Shown here one piece after another: positions 9,844-18,933 of a DNA stretch of 33,098 nt. The position numbers were made by a program, and so were the translations under genes. Numbering within the stretch: position 1 is the first letter of the stretch; every line of letters starts with the position of its first letter. Below the pieces are notes generated by a model, which was not told the origin of the DNA, did not search any database, and saw only the letters and a list, made by a program, of their open reading frames with translations. This DNA comes from Clostridia bacterium (lineage in GTDB: Bacteria; Bacillota; Clostridia; Oscillospirales; SIG627): positions 1 to 33,098 of the forward strand of contig JAGDAA010000160.1 in assembly GCA_017959745.1 (NCBI GenBank). Direction: 5' to 3'.

Positions 9844-10047
9844 ATGATCGTAACGAAAGAGAGCATTATCGGCGAGGTTCTGGACGCCGATGTTGAGACC
9901 GCCCCCTACTTTTTTGAAATCGGGATGCACTGTCTCGGATGCCCCGCGTCCCGGGGCGAATCCATTGAGGCGGCTTGTGCCGTACACGGTACAGACCCGG
10001 ACCTGCTGGTTGAAAAACTCAATGCCCACTTTGCCGCCAAGGCATAA
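9844..10047 (+). CDS. DUF1858 domain small protein
   Basis: GMHCLGCPASRGESIEAACAVHG motif; 67 aa. Confidence 0.88.
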   Translation: MIVTKESIIGEVLDADVETAPYFFEIGMHCLGCPASRGESIEAACAVHGTDPDLLVEKLNAHFAAKA

Positions 10048-10735
10048 AAAAACGCGTTTGCCGGCGCGGCTCGCCGCCATCGCGGAACGGTTGCCTGAGG
10101 AGGGCGTGTTTTGCGACGTTGGCTCCGACCACGGCTTACTGCCCTTGTTTCTCCTGCAGCAACGCAAAGCCCTGCGCGCCGTGGTGACAGATATCAAACC
10201 GCTCCCTCTCGCCCGGGCGAAAGAAGCACTGGCGGCAGGCGGTGTCGCGGATCGCGCCGAATGCGTTTTGGCGGACGGGATCGCTTCCCTGGGTGGACGG
10301 GGAATTGATTTCTATGCTATCGCCGGTATGAGCGGGGAGACCATCGCTCAGATCCTCCGGGAGGGAAAAACGACCCTGCACGCGGGACAGCGCTTTTATT
10401 TGCAACCTATGAGCCACGAGGATATCCTTCGTACTCATTTGAGCGTCGAAGGGTTCCGCATCACGGAGGAAACGGTCATCCGGGAAAACGGCAAACTGTT
10501 TTTACTGATTTGCGCGACCTTTACCGGGATGCCCGGGGAAGCGCCGGATCCTATCACCGCCGCTTTGGGAATGTATCTGGATCAACATCCCGGCGTGTGG
10601 GGCAGGGCATACTTTGAAATAAAAAGGGACCGGCTTGTCCGTACGGCGGAAAAGCGCCGGGCGGCGGGGTTGGATGCCTTTGATCAGGAATCGGTACTGG
10701 CGCGCATCCGTGAGATTTTGAAGGAGGAACCATGA
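10022..10735 (+). CDS. trmK: tRNA (adenine(22)-N1)-methyltransferase
   Basis: RLAAIA, DVGSDHGLLP, IAGMSG, LQPM and ETVIRENGK motifs; precedes nif3. Start is uncertain (ATG 10022 or TTG 10058). Confidence 0.88.
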   Translation: MPTLPPRHKKTRLPARLAAIAERLPEEGVFCDVGSDHGLLPLFLLQQRKALRAVVTDIKPLPLARAKEALAAGGVADRAECVLADGIASLGGRGIDFYAIAGMSGETIAQILREGKTTLHAGQRFYLQPMSHEDILRTHLSVEGFRITEETVIRENGKLFLLICATFTGMPGEAPDPITAALGMYLDQHPGVWGRAYFEIKRDRLVRTAEKRRAAGLDAFDQESVLARIREILKEEP

Positions 10736-11508
10736 AGATATCGGAGATCGAAGCCTTTCTGAATGAGAGATTCCCCCGCTCCCTTGCCTGTGAATGGGAT
10801 AATGACGGGCTGCTTGTCTGCCCGGACCGGGAAAGGGAAGTGCGCCTTGTGATCACCTGCCTTGACGTAACCCTGTCCGTGATCCACAAGGCCATCGAAT
10901 CCGGCGCGGAGCTGATCCTCAGCCACCATCCGCTTTTGTTTCACCCGCTAAACAGGATCAGCGAGGATGATCTCGCGGGTCAGAAGATCCTGCTATTAAT
11001 TCGCCACGGGATTTCCGTGCTTTCCCTACATACGCGCTTTGACGGCGCGCCCGGGGGCTTGAATGAGCATTTCGCCAAGAGCCTTGGGGTCTGTGTAGAG
11101 GAACATGTTGCGCTGTTGCCCGAGGAGCCCCACATTGGGGATCTGGGCGTCTTGTCGGAACGGATGATGCCGGAGGATCTTGCCCGTCACGCCGCCGCCG
11201 TGTTGGACGCTCCGGTGAGGCTGTATTCCGCCGGCGGGTCTGTGGAACGTGTCGCGGTTTCTTGCGGCAGCGGAAAAGATCTGGTGGAACCCGCCCTGGA
11301 AGCAGGCGCGGACGCCTTTATTAGCGGCGATATTCCTTATCACGCGGCACAGAGCGCTGTAGAGCGGGGTATGACCGTCATCGATTGCGGGCATCACGCG
11401 TCGGAGAATGCCGCCCCCGATGTTTTTCGGCGGATTCTGCAGCGGGAGTTTCCCGAACTGGGCGTGCTCGCCCTGCATGAACCTCTCGGCGGGGAAATAA
11501 TCGGTTGA
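10732..11508 (+). CDS. Nif3-like dinuclear metal center protein
   Basis: WDNDGLLV, CLDVT, SHHPLLF, LHTRFD and DCGHHASE motifs; ATGA-coupled to trmK. Confidence 0.93.
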   Translation: MKISEIEAFLNERFPRSLACEWDNDGLLVCPDREREVRLVITCLDVTLSVIHKAIESGAELILSHHPLLFHPLNRISEDDLAGQKILLLIRHGISVLSLHTRFDGAPGGLNEHFAKSLGVCVEEHVALLPEEPHIGDLGVLSERMMPEDLARHAAAVLDAPVRLYSAGGSVERVAVSCGSGKDLVEPALEAGADAFISGDIPYHAAQSAVERGMTVIDCGHHASENAAPDVFRRILQREFPELGVLALHEPLGGEIIG

Positions 11509-11569
11509 GTTTTCTTTCATTTCTTTTTTGTTTTACGCAAAAACCGCTCCTTTTTTGTCAGTTTTTATC

Positions 11570-11598
11570 TTGATTATGGAGATAATCAGTGATATAAT
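11570..11598 (+). promoter_or_regulatory. sigmaA promoter of the oppA-like gene, overlapped by an 18-bp dyad
   Basis: TTGATT-17 nt-TATAAT with TGn extension; TGATTAT-ggag-ATAATCA at 11571-11588. Confidence 0.75.
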
Positions 11599-11645
11599 AC
11601 ACTTTAGTATCAACCCGCATACCCTTGCGGTCAAGGAGGTTAGGC

Positions 11646-13373
11646 ATGAAAAAATCCATCGCGATCCTGCTTCTCATCACGATGCTTTTGCCCCTGTTCG
11701 CATCCTGTCAAACGGATCCGGATGACAAGGGCGCCATTATTCCCGTTTATTTTGCGGAGTCGTTTGAGAATCTTGATCCCACCGCAGCGATCTACGATAA
11801 GGATTTCTATCAGATTTCCGGCCTTGTGTTTGAAGGACTTACGTCCGTTGAGAACGGCAAGATCCGGAACAATCTGATCCAAAGCTGGGAAAAGAAATAC
11901 AATGAGGACAGAAATGAGTATTTCCTGACCATCAAGCTGGATAACACCCGGTGGAACGACGGTCGCGCCTTTACCGCCGATCAGGTGGTCTACGCCTGGA
12001 AGCGCATTCTGTCTCCGGAAGTGGATTGTCCCGGCGCCGCGCTTCTATTTGACGTCAAGAACGCCCGTGCCATCAAGGCAGGCGAAAAGACCATTGATGA
12101 ACTGGGCGCCGCCGCTGTGAGCATTCGTACCCTGGAGGTCCAGCTTGAATCCCCCATCGATCCGGAGCTTTTCCTGGAAGCGATCTCCAGTCCCGATCTT
12201 GTCCCTATGCGTGACGACGTTGTAGTGGGAAAGGAAGCGACCTGGGCGACCAACGTGGACGACATTGCCACCAACGGTAAATTCATCTTGAAGCAGATGG
12301 ACCCCAAAGGCTCCTTCAACTACGAATTCTCCAAATTCTACAAGCTGAACAGCGAGATGAAAAACGGGTACAACGAATTCGTCAAGCCCTTCCGTTTGAT
12401 CTCCGATTTCGGCAAGACCTCCGCGGACGCTCTAGCGGCGTTTGACAACGGGGAGATCTATTATTTCGGCGCTGTCACCCCCGAGATCTACGAAGAGCGG
12501 AGCAAGGATATCAAGTCCTTTGATACGATTTCTTCCTATACCTATTATTTCAACTGCAAGAATAAGATCCTGTCCGATCCCAAGGTCCGCCAGGCGCTCT
12601 CCGAAGCGTTGGATCGCGGGCAGATCGCGCAGCTCGTTGGTATGGGGTCCAAGGCCTGTGAGGGCTTCGTCCCCGAGAAGGCGACCGGATCCTCCCTGGG
12701 AAGCAGTTTCCGGAAGGAAGCCGGCGCTGTGTATTCCGCCGCCGGGGACGCCGACAAGGCGAAGTCGCTTTTGAAGGAAGCCGGCGTTTCCTCCGGCAGT
12801 ATTCGACTGACCTATCGGGAGGACCGCTCCTATGAAGAGGCTGTGGCGAAATACGCCAAGTCCGTTTGGGATGCCCTGGGCTTTTCCGTGAGTCTGGATG
12901 CCGTCAGCGCATCGTCCATTTCCGAAGCGATTTCTTCCGGAAAATATGACGTGATCGGGCTGGACTACACCGGGCTTTCCACCAACCCCTACGCCTTCCT
13001 GGCTCCCTTCGCGCCCGGCTATTGCGGCGCGGTGGTCAGCGTGGATCCCGAGGACGAACTGGAGTCGCTTCATCCCACTGGATATGAATCCAAGGCTTAC
13101 GAGTCCCTGTTGGATGAAGTCCTCGCCGCGACGGAACGCAAGGCGCGCAACGAAAAGCTCATCGAGCTGGAGAAGCTTTTTGCTACGGAATGCCCCGCCG
13201 CCGCTTTGGTGACCTATAAAAACAATTATCTCGCATCCTCCGAATTGTCCGGGCTTTCCGGCAGTATCTACGGCTATACCGAGTTTACCAACGCGACGCT
13301 CAAGGATTATAAGACCAAGAACGAAGCGTACCTGGAAATGGAAAAAGCCGCCGAGGAAGCGGAAGAGAAGTAA
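11646..13373 (+). CDS. Peptide ABC transporter substrate-binding lipoprotein (OppA/family 5)
   Basis: Lipobox LFASC, LDP, LVFEGLT, WNDG..FTADQVVYAWKR and DPKVRQALSEALDR; AGGAGG RBS before ATG 11646. Confidence 0.9.
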   Translation: MKKSIAILLLITMLLPLFASCQTDPDDKGAIIPVYFAESFENLDPTAAIYDKDFYQISGLVFEGLTSVENGKIRNNLIQSWEKKYNEDRNEYFLTIKLDNTRWNDGRAFTADQVVYAWKRILSPEVDCPGAALLFDVKNARAIKAGEKTIDELGAAAVSIRTLEVQLESPIDPELFLEAISSPDLVPMRDDVVVGKEATWATNVDDIATNGKFILKQMDPKGSFNYEFSKFYKLNSEMKNGYNEFVKPFRLISDFGKTSADALAAFDNGEIYYFGAVTPEIYEERSKDIKSFDTISSYTYYFNCKNKILSDPKVRQALSEALDRGQIAQLVGMGSKACEGFVPEKATGSSLGSSFRKEAGAVYSAAGDADKAKSLLKEAGVSSGSIRLTYREDRSYEEAVAKYAKSVWDALGFSVSLDAVSASSISEAISSGKYDVIGLDYTGLSTNPYAFLAPFAPGYCGAVVSVDPEDELESLHPTGYESKAYESLLDEVLAATERKARNEKLIELEKLFATECPAAALVTYKNNYLASSELSGLSGSIYGYTEFTNATLKDYKTKNEAYLEMEKAAEEAEEK

Positions 13374-13383
13374 AGTCACTATC

Positions 13384-13431
13384 GCTCCACGCAGTTATTG
13401 CTTTTTCGGGTAAAACTGCGTGGAGCTTTTT
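13384..13431 (+). terminator. Intrinsic terminator after the oppA-like gene
   Basis: 13-bp stem GCTCCACGCAGTT/AACTGCGTGGAGC followed by a T run. Confidence 0.8.
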
Positions 13432-13478
13432 AATCAACCTGATTTTGGATATTCGCGCGAATTGAGAGAGGAAACCGT

Positions 13479-13892
13479 ATGGGATGGGTTCTTGGAATTC
13501 TGGCTGTTATATGCTTGGTTCTTGCTATCTATCTATTGCTTTTGATCCGTCTGGAAAGCGCGGCTGTGAGCCGTTTGCCTTTGCTGAAAAATGATCCCGC
13601 CGGATTTACCGCCTATTGGGAGAATAAATACAAGAAGATGCGCCTTCGTCAAAGAAAGAACGTTGCCTTGTTTTTAGTTGCCGTTGGTTTATATCGGCAG
13701 GGCTTGTATTCCGAAGCAATGGAGCGGCTGAGATTTGTCCGCAAAAACGATCCCGCACTGGATCAGGACGCCGTCAACGCCCTTTGGCACATACTGTTGA
13801 TGAAGCTGGACAGAGGGGATGAATCCATTGCGTTTTATCAGGAACACGCCGCCTCTATTGAACGGGGAAAGGATTCCCCCTGGATGAAATAA
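13479..13892 (+). CDS. Hypothetical membrane-anchored protein with a TPR-like helix pair
   Basis: N-terminal TM helix; AVGLYRQGLYSEAMERL resembles a TPR; GAGG RBS; followed by a terminator. Confidence 0.6.
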   Translation: MGWVLGILAVICLVLAIYLLLLIRLESAAVSRLPLLKNDPAGFTAYWENKYKKMRLRQRKNVALFLVAVGLYRQGLYSEAMERLRFVRKNDPALDQDAVNALWHILLMKLDRGDESIAFYQEHAASIERGKDSPWMK

Positions 13893-13900
13893 CGCTACCA

Positions 13901-13936
13901 AAAAAAAGAACACCGCCGCGGCGGTGTTCTTTTTTT
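13901..13936. terminator. Bidirectional intrinsic terminator between convergent genes
   Basis: A7-GAACACCGCCG|CGGCGGTGTTC-T7, a perfect palindrome. Confidence 0.85.
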
Positions 13937-13948
13937 GATGTCGCTTTA

Positions 13949-15082
13949 TTACTGCTTCTTATAGGTGCTTTCCTTGCCTTTGATGGTGAGGGCCTCGGCG
14001 CCCAGGTAAGAGGCGACGTCCATTCCCAGGTACTGCGCCATATCACGCATTTCCGCAACGGTATTGACGTTCACCTGGATGCCGTTCTTCATACGGTCTG
14101 CCATGGCGAAGACTTCCTTTTCCCCGTGAGTGTAGATCCGGGGCTGACCCTCCGCCTTGGGAGAGTTGCGGATATCGTCCAGATAAGAGGACAGATGCGC
14201 CTTGATGGCTTCCGGATCGCCGAATGCCTTGGGATCGATGACCATAAAGCCGTGGCAAATGCCGCTGTGCCCGTTGGAACCGGTCTTATCGGAAGTGAGG
14301 CCGCCGGAGAGAATGGCGGAGAAGATCTCGGAGACCATACCCCAGCCGTAGCCCTTGTGGCTTCCGCTGGCTTCTTCAATACCGCCCAGGGGCAGAATGC
14401 CGCCGCCTTCATGCGCCTGAATATCGCTGAGAACACGCGCCGCGTCGGTTTCGCCCGCGCCGGTGGAATTGATCGCCCAGCCTTCGTGGAGGGGCTTGTC
14501 CAGCTTGTTGTAGACTTCCAGCTTGCCCCGGGTTACCACGGTGGTGGCGGCGTCGAAGAAGAAGGGGTAGGGCTCAGCCGGGCAGGCGATGGCGATGGGG
14601 TTGGTGCCCAGCATTGCCACACGCCCGAAGGTGGGGACCATAATGGGATTGGTATTGGTGGTGGAAAGACCGATCAGGCCCTGATCGCACGCCATTTTGG
14701 CGTAGTAACCGGCGATGCCGAAGTGGTTGGAATTTTTCACGGTCACGATCGCCATACCGGTCTTCTTCGCCTTTTCAATGGCTTTTTCCATCGCGCGGTG
14801 GGAGACCACCTGACCCATACCGGCCTTCGCGTCGATCACGGCGGAAACGGGCGTTTCAAACAGCACTTCCGGTTTAGCGTCCACCTTGATCCTGCCCTTT
14901 GCGATGTTCATATGATAGACCACGATCCGCTGCATGCCGTGGCTTTCGATGCCGTAGAGATCCGCCATCAGCAAAACATCGGAAATGATCCCGGCTTCCT
15001 CTTTGTTGAAGCCGAATTTCTCAAAGGCGTCGTCGCAGAATTTCTTTAACTGCTCATAGGAATAAGTTAAGTAATTGTCCAT
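13949..15082 (-). CDS. Ldh_2 family NAD(P)-dependent oxidoreductase (malate/L-lactate/ureidoglycolate dehydrogenase-like)
   Basis: ADLYGIESHG, NSNHFGIAGYY, GTNPIAIA and GSHKGYG motifs. Confidence 0.9.
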   Translation of the reverse strand: MDNYLTYSYEQLKKFCDDAFEKFGFNKEEAGIISDVLLMADLYGIESHGMQRIVVYHMNIAKGRIKVDAKPEVLFETPVSAVIDAKAGMGQVVSHRAMEKAIEKAKKTGMAIVTVKNSNHFGIAGYYAKMACDQGLIGLSTTNTNPIMVPTFGRVAMLGTNPIAIACPAEPYPFFFDAATTVVTRGKLEVYNKLDKPLHEGWAINSTGAGETDAARVLSDIQAHEGGGILPLGGIEEASGSHKGYGWGMVSEIFSAILSGGLTSDKTGSNGHSGICHGFMVIDPKAFGDPEAIKAHLSSYLDDIRNSPKAEGQPRIYTHGEKEVFAMADRMKNGIQVNVNTVAEMRDMAQYLGMDVASYLGAEALTIKGKESTYKKQ

Positions 15083-15120
15083 ATTTTGCTTCCTTTCTTT
15101 TTAAGTTTTCTTCAAGTTTT

Positions 15121-15149
15121 AGTATACTCTTCCGAGAAAGACTTGTCAA
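15121..15149 (-). promoter_or_regulatory. sigmaA promoter of the Ldh_2 gene
   Basis: Minus strand TTGACA-17 nt-TATACT. Confidence 0.8.
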
Positions 15150-15219
15150 TTTTTTTGCAGAGTTTTTTGAAGGAAAGGATTATTTAATTGAAATTTAGAT
15201 AAGATGGTTCACTTTGACG

Positions 15220-15257
15220 AAGAAAAAAGGATCTTCGTAAGAAGATCCTTTTTTCTT
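15220..15257 (-). terminator. Intrinsic terminator after the ferredoxin gene
   Basis: Perfect 17-bp inverted repeat with a 4-nt loop and A/T runs on both arms. Confidence 0.85.
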
Positions 15258-15269
15258 ATGTTAGCCTGA

Positions 15270-15440
15270 TTATTCGGGCTGAGGAGCGTCTACGGGGCAG
15301 ACGCCGGCGCAAGCGCCGCATTCGATGCAAAGTTCGGGATCGATCTTCGCCTTGCCGTCCGCTTCGCTGATGGCGCTGACGGGGCATTCACCCACGCAAG
15401 CGAGACAACCGACACATTCGTCTGTGATCTTGTATGCCAT
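15270..15440 (-). CDS. Clostridial-type 2[4Fe-4S] ferredoxin (56 aa)
   Basis: MAYKITDEC start, two CxxCxxCxxxCP motifs, GGAGGT RBS. Confidence 0.95.
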   Translation of the reverse strand: MAYKITDECVGCLACVGECPVSAISEADGKAKIDPELCIECGACAGVCPVDAPQPE

Positions 15441-15467
15441 GATTTTACCTCCCAAATGATTTCCTAC

Positions 15468-15496
15468 ATTTTACCACGAAATTGAAAAAGTGCAAG
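15468..15496 (-). promoter_or_regulatory. Probable promoter of the ferredoxin gene
   Basis: Minus strand (C)TTGCA with 16-17 nt spacing to TGg-TAAAAT. Confidence 0.55.
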
Positions 15497-15504
15497 ACTT
15501 TTTT

Positions 15505-16542
15505 TCAATTTTGCTTCTCTTCTGAAACGGGCGCGTCGGTCGTAACGTTGGGATTCTCCTCGTTTTTCGTTTCAACACGCTGTTCGTTCTTCCGTTCCCC
15601 TTTGTTCTTTTTCTTTTTATCGGGATTAGGGGGTGGTGGCTGCTTTTTGACTTTGGGAATGACGGTGAGATCCGTCGCTTGGTATTCCCGGATTGTATCC
15701 GGCTCCTCTTCCAGGCGGACCCGGCATTTACCGCAAAGCACGTTGGCGTCGGTCACATTTCCTTTGCCGTCCGGGGTCATAACGCAGTTCCCGGGACGGG
15801 GACATGTCTTCCCGCATTCCACGTACGCGTCGTTTTCATAGCGCAGACAGCACATCAGCCGCCCGCAGGTCCCGCTGATCTTCGCGGAGTTCAGGGAAAG
15901 GTTCTGCTCCTTTGCCATCTTGATGGAGACCTGCTGAAAATCGTTGAGAAAATCGGCGCAGCACAGGGGCCTGCCGCAGATGCCCAGTCCCCCCAACTGT
16001 TTCGCCTCATCCCGCACACCGATCTGCCGCAGCTCGATCCGGGTCTTAAAGATCCCCGCCATATCCTTGACGAATTCACGGAAATCCACTCTGCCGTCCG
16101 CGGTGAAGAAAAAGGTGATTTTTGAATTGTCAAAGGAGCATTCCACGTTGGAAAGCGCCATTTCAAGACCGTGCTCTTCCACCTTCTCCATCCAGGTTTT
16201 CCGCGCGCGCAATTCCAGCGCCTGATTGTCATCCTTGCGCTTTTTGTCCCGCTCGTTGGCGGGGCGAAGAACCTTGCGAAGGGGAAGTACTACGTCCTTG
16301 GCGGAAACGGTCTTATTTCCCCCTGTCACGTACCCGTATTCCGAGGAGGAGGCGGTTTCCACTACCACTTCGTCTCCGGCGGTGAAGGTCCTGCCGGCGG
16401 GCTGGAAGTAATAGCTCTTGCCGCCCTTACGAAAGGAAACGCTCACAACCTCATACTGGGTGGGCGCGCCGTTGGAAACGACAGTTTCTTCCATCGGTTT
16501 TTCTTCCTGTATCTGTTCTTTCTTTTCTTCTGTTTGATCCAT
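15505..16542 (-). CDS. ricT: PSP1 domain protein RicT/YaaT
   Basis: FTADGRVDFRE, RIELRQIGVRDEAK, CGRPLCC and SGTCGRLMCCLRYE. Start ATG 16542 after GAGG. Confidence 0.92.
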   Translation of the reverse strand: MDQTEEKKEQIQEEKPMEETVVSNGAPTQYEVVSVSFRKGGKSYYFQPAGRTFTAGDEVVVETASSSEYGYVTGGNKTVSAKDVVLPLRKVLRPANERDKKRKDDNQALELRARKTWMEKVEEHGLEMALSNVECSFDNSKITFFFTADGRVDFREFVKDMAGIFKTRIELRQIGVRDEAKQLGGLGICGRPLCCADFLNDFQQVSIKMAKEQNLSLNSAKISGTCGRLMCCLRYENDAYVECGKTCPRPGNCVMTPDGKGNVTDANVLCGKCRVRLEEEPDTIREYQATDLTVIPKVKKQPPPPNPDKKKKNKGERKNEQRVETKNEENPNVTTDAPVSEEKQN

Positions 16543-16546
16543 TGGC

Positions 16547-17848
16547 TCAATAGTCCTCGTATTCTGTGGCTTTGGGGACAATGACCTTGATATCCGCGCC
16601 TACTGCTTTCAGCTTGGAGATCAGATCCTCGTACCCGCGGAAAATGTGATGGATCTCATCGATCTCGGTGACGCCCCGTGCTGCTAAACCGGCGATGACC
16701 ATTGCAATGCCCGCTCTGAGGTCGACCGCCCGGACCCGCGCGCCGCGCAGGGAGGGCGTTCCTTCCACTTCGGCGGTCTTGCCGTTCACCGTGATGCGGG
16801 CGCCCATACGCTTCAGTTCCTCCACGTACCTAAAGCGGGATTCCCAAACGCTCTCCGTCAGGTGAGAAGTTCCACGCGCCAGAGACAAAAGCACGCACAT
16901 CTGCGGGTTCATATCCGTGGGGAAGCCGGGGTAGGGAAGGGTCTTTACGTTGACATGATTCAAAAAAGGAGCCCTGCGGGAAACCGTGACGGAATCGCCG
17001 TCCTCCTCGATGGAAACGCCCATTTCCTCCAGCTTCGCGGTGATGGATTCCACGTGCTTGGGGATCATATTGGTGACGGTCAACTGACCGCCCGTGGCGG
17101 CGGCGAGAATCATATATGTTCCCGCCTCGATCATATCGGGGATAATGGTATAGGTCACACCGTGAAGCTTTTTTACGCCGCGGATTTTGATGGTGTCCGT
17201 ACCGGCGCCGCGAATATCGGCGCCGCAGGCGTTTAGAAAGTTCGCGGTGTCCACAATATGAGGCTCGTGAGCGGCGTTTTCAATTTCGGTATAGCCCTCC
17301 GCTCGAACGGCGGCGAGCATAACGTTGATGGTGCCGCCCACGGTCACAACGTCCATATAGACGCTGGATCCGCGCAGGATCCCGTTTTGCGCGGCGGCTT
17401 CAATATAACCGCCCTCCACCTTCACGTCACAGCCCAGGGCCTCGAACCCCTTGATATGCTGGTCAATGGGACGGATGCCGAAATCGCATCCGCCGGGCAA
17501 ACCCACATACGCCCTGCCGAAACGGCCAAGCTCCGCGCCGATGAGGTAATAGGAGGCGCGCATTTTGTTCACAAGCTCATAGGGGGCGATGCCGGGGTTG
17601 ACCACAGATGAATCAATCTCAACCGTATTGGGACCTAACTGGCGTACTTTGACACCGACAGAAGACAGAATATCCAGCGAAACCTTCACATCGCTGATAT
17701 TGGGCAGGTTTTCTATGATACATTTATCCTCTGTCAGAATGGTGGAAAATATGATAGCAACAGCGGCGTTTTTCATACCGGAAACGGGGATTGCCCCCTT
17801 CAGCGGCTTGCCACCGGAGATGATTATTTTACCGCGATCCAGATCCAT
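16547..17848 (-). CDS. murA: UDP-N-acetylglucosamine 1-carboxyvinyltransferase
   Basis: SGMKNAA, MRASYYLIG, LPGGCDFGIRPIDQH (active-site Cys), PGFPTD and DLRAG. Confidence 0.96.
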   Translation of the reverse strand: MDLDRGKIIISGGKPLKGAIPVSGMKNAAVAIIFSTILTEDKCIIENLPNISDVKVSLDILSSVGVKVRQLGPNTVEIDSSVVNPGIAPYELVNKMRASYYLIGAELGRFGRAYVGLPGGCDFGIRPIDQHIKGFEALGCDVKVEGGYIEAAAQNGILRGSSVYMDVVTVGGTINVMLAAVRAEGYTEIENAAHEPHIVDTANFLNACGADIRGAGTDTIKIRGVKKLHGVTYTIIPDMIEAGTYMILAAATGGQLTVTNMIPKHVESITAKLEEMGVSIEEDGDSVTVSRRAPFLNHVNVKTLPYPGFPTDMNPQMCVLLSLARGTSHLTESVWESRFRYVEELKRMGARITVNGKTAEVEGTPSLRGARVRAVDLRAGIAMVIAGLAARGVTEIDEIHHIFRGYEDLISKLKAVGADIKVIVPKATEYEDY

Positions 17849-17927
17849 GTTCGATCAACCAGTCCTTTCCCGTGTGCTGTAAAAACAGGTCACGTTTCAG
17901 TATATGGAGGGAACCCAAATGGGTGTA

Positions 17928-18929
17928 TTATTCGTTTTTTGTCAAGCCCTGCATCCCCCGGTGATAGCGGGAAAGACCGGTGAAGACATTGGCGTTGTCC
18001 GCGTTCGCCAGAAGCTCTTCCGTCAAATCGAAAAGTTCTACGCCCCGGCGAAGGTGTATCACCGTCGCTAAATCGGAAAAAAGCTCTTCATCCGGGAAAA
18101 TCAGGGGCGCGGCGCCGGGATCGTTCTTTCTGCGGAGCAGATCACGCAGACAGGTCCTGGCCATCGTGAGAAAATCGATATATTCCTGCCGATTCATTGC
18201 GCCCGGCGGCGCGACAGCGCAGAGCTTGATAAAGCCGCCCCCCGACAAAATGGTGTCGAAGTAGGAAAGCACCGTGGCGCGGGTGGAAAAGAAACGATCG
18301 GAATGAAGAAGCTTTCTCGCCATCCCAAGAGAACCCCGGGATAAGGCAGCTGCGACGGGGATCCGTTCGGCGTACTTTGCGCGATTGCCCGCTTCTTTTT
18401 GAAGCGCCCCGCAAATAATATCGCTTGAAAGCGCCTCGGTTTTCAGGATCACGCTTCGGCTGCGCACGGTGGGCAGAAGAGCGGAAAGATCCGTCGCCAT
18501 CAGGAAAAACACGGAGCGGGGACGGACCTCCTCTATGCTTTTCAGAAGAGCGTTTTGTCCCTGAGTGTTCAAAGCGGAGGCATCGATGAGATACGCGCGC
18601 CAGTCACCTTCCACCGGCGCGAGATACGTGACTTTCAGAAACTGTCTCACGTCCTCCACCGGGATCCACTTCTTGTCCTTTTCCGGATTCAATTCCCGCA
18701 CGTCAACATGGGTGCCGGAAAGGATATTTCTGCAATTCCGGCAGGTCAGGCAGGGCGATCCGTCCGGGTGACGGGACACACAGCAAAACGCGGCCGCGGC
18801 AAGGCGGGCGATACTGCGCTTTCCGCTGCCTTCGGCGCCCGCTATGATATAACAGCCGGCGGGCTTTTCCGATTTCGCCGCACCGTATAAGAGCGCCAGG
18901 GTCTCCCGATTGCCAATGATCTCTTCCAC
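17928..18929 (-). CDS. holB: DNA polymerase III subunit delta'
   Basis: GAEGSGK, zinc module C..C..C..C, QNALLKSIEE and LLPTVRSR; lies between darA and ricT as in Bacillota. Confidence 0.85.
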   Translation of the reverse strand: MEEIIGNRETLALLYGAAKSEKPAGCYIIAGAEGSGKRSIARLAAAAFCCVSRHPDGSPCLTCRNCRNILSGTHVDVRELNPEKDKKWIPVEDVRQFLKVTYLAPVEGDWRAYLIDASALNTQGQNALLKSIEEVRPRSVFFLMATDLSALLPTVRSRSVILKTEALSSDIICGALQKEAGNRAKYAERIPVAAALSRGSLGMARKLLHSDRFFSTRATVLSYFDTILSGGGFIKLCAVAPPGAMNRQEYIDFLTMARTCLRDLLRRKNDPGAAPLIFPDEELFSDLATVIHLRRGVELFDLTEELLANADNANVFTGLSRYHRGMQGLTKNE

Positions 18930-18933
18930 GGGA

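Noticed and set aside
9890-10021. Upstream extension of trmK in the ORF track
   Set aside because: It lies within the DUF1858 gene in another frame and has no TrmK similarity.
13949-15082. Ldh_2 enzyme as part of the branched-chain pathway
   Set aside because: It has its own promoter and terminator, lies 9 kb away and has no T-box; the substrate cannot be read from sequence.
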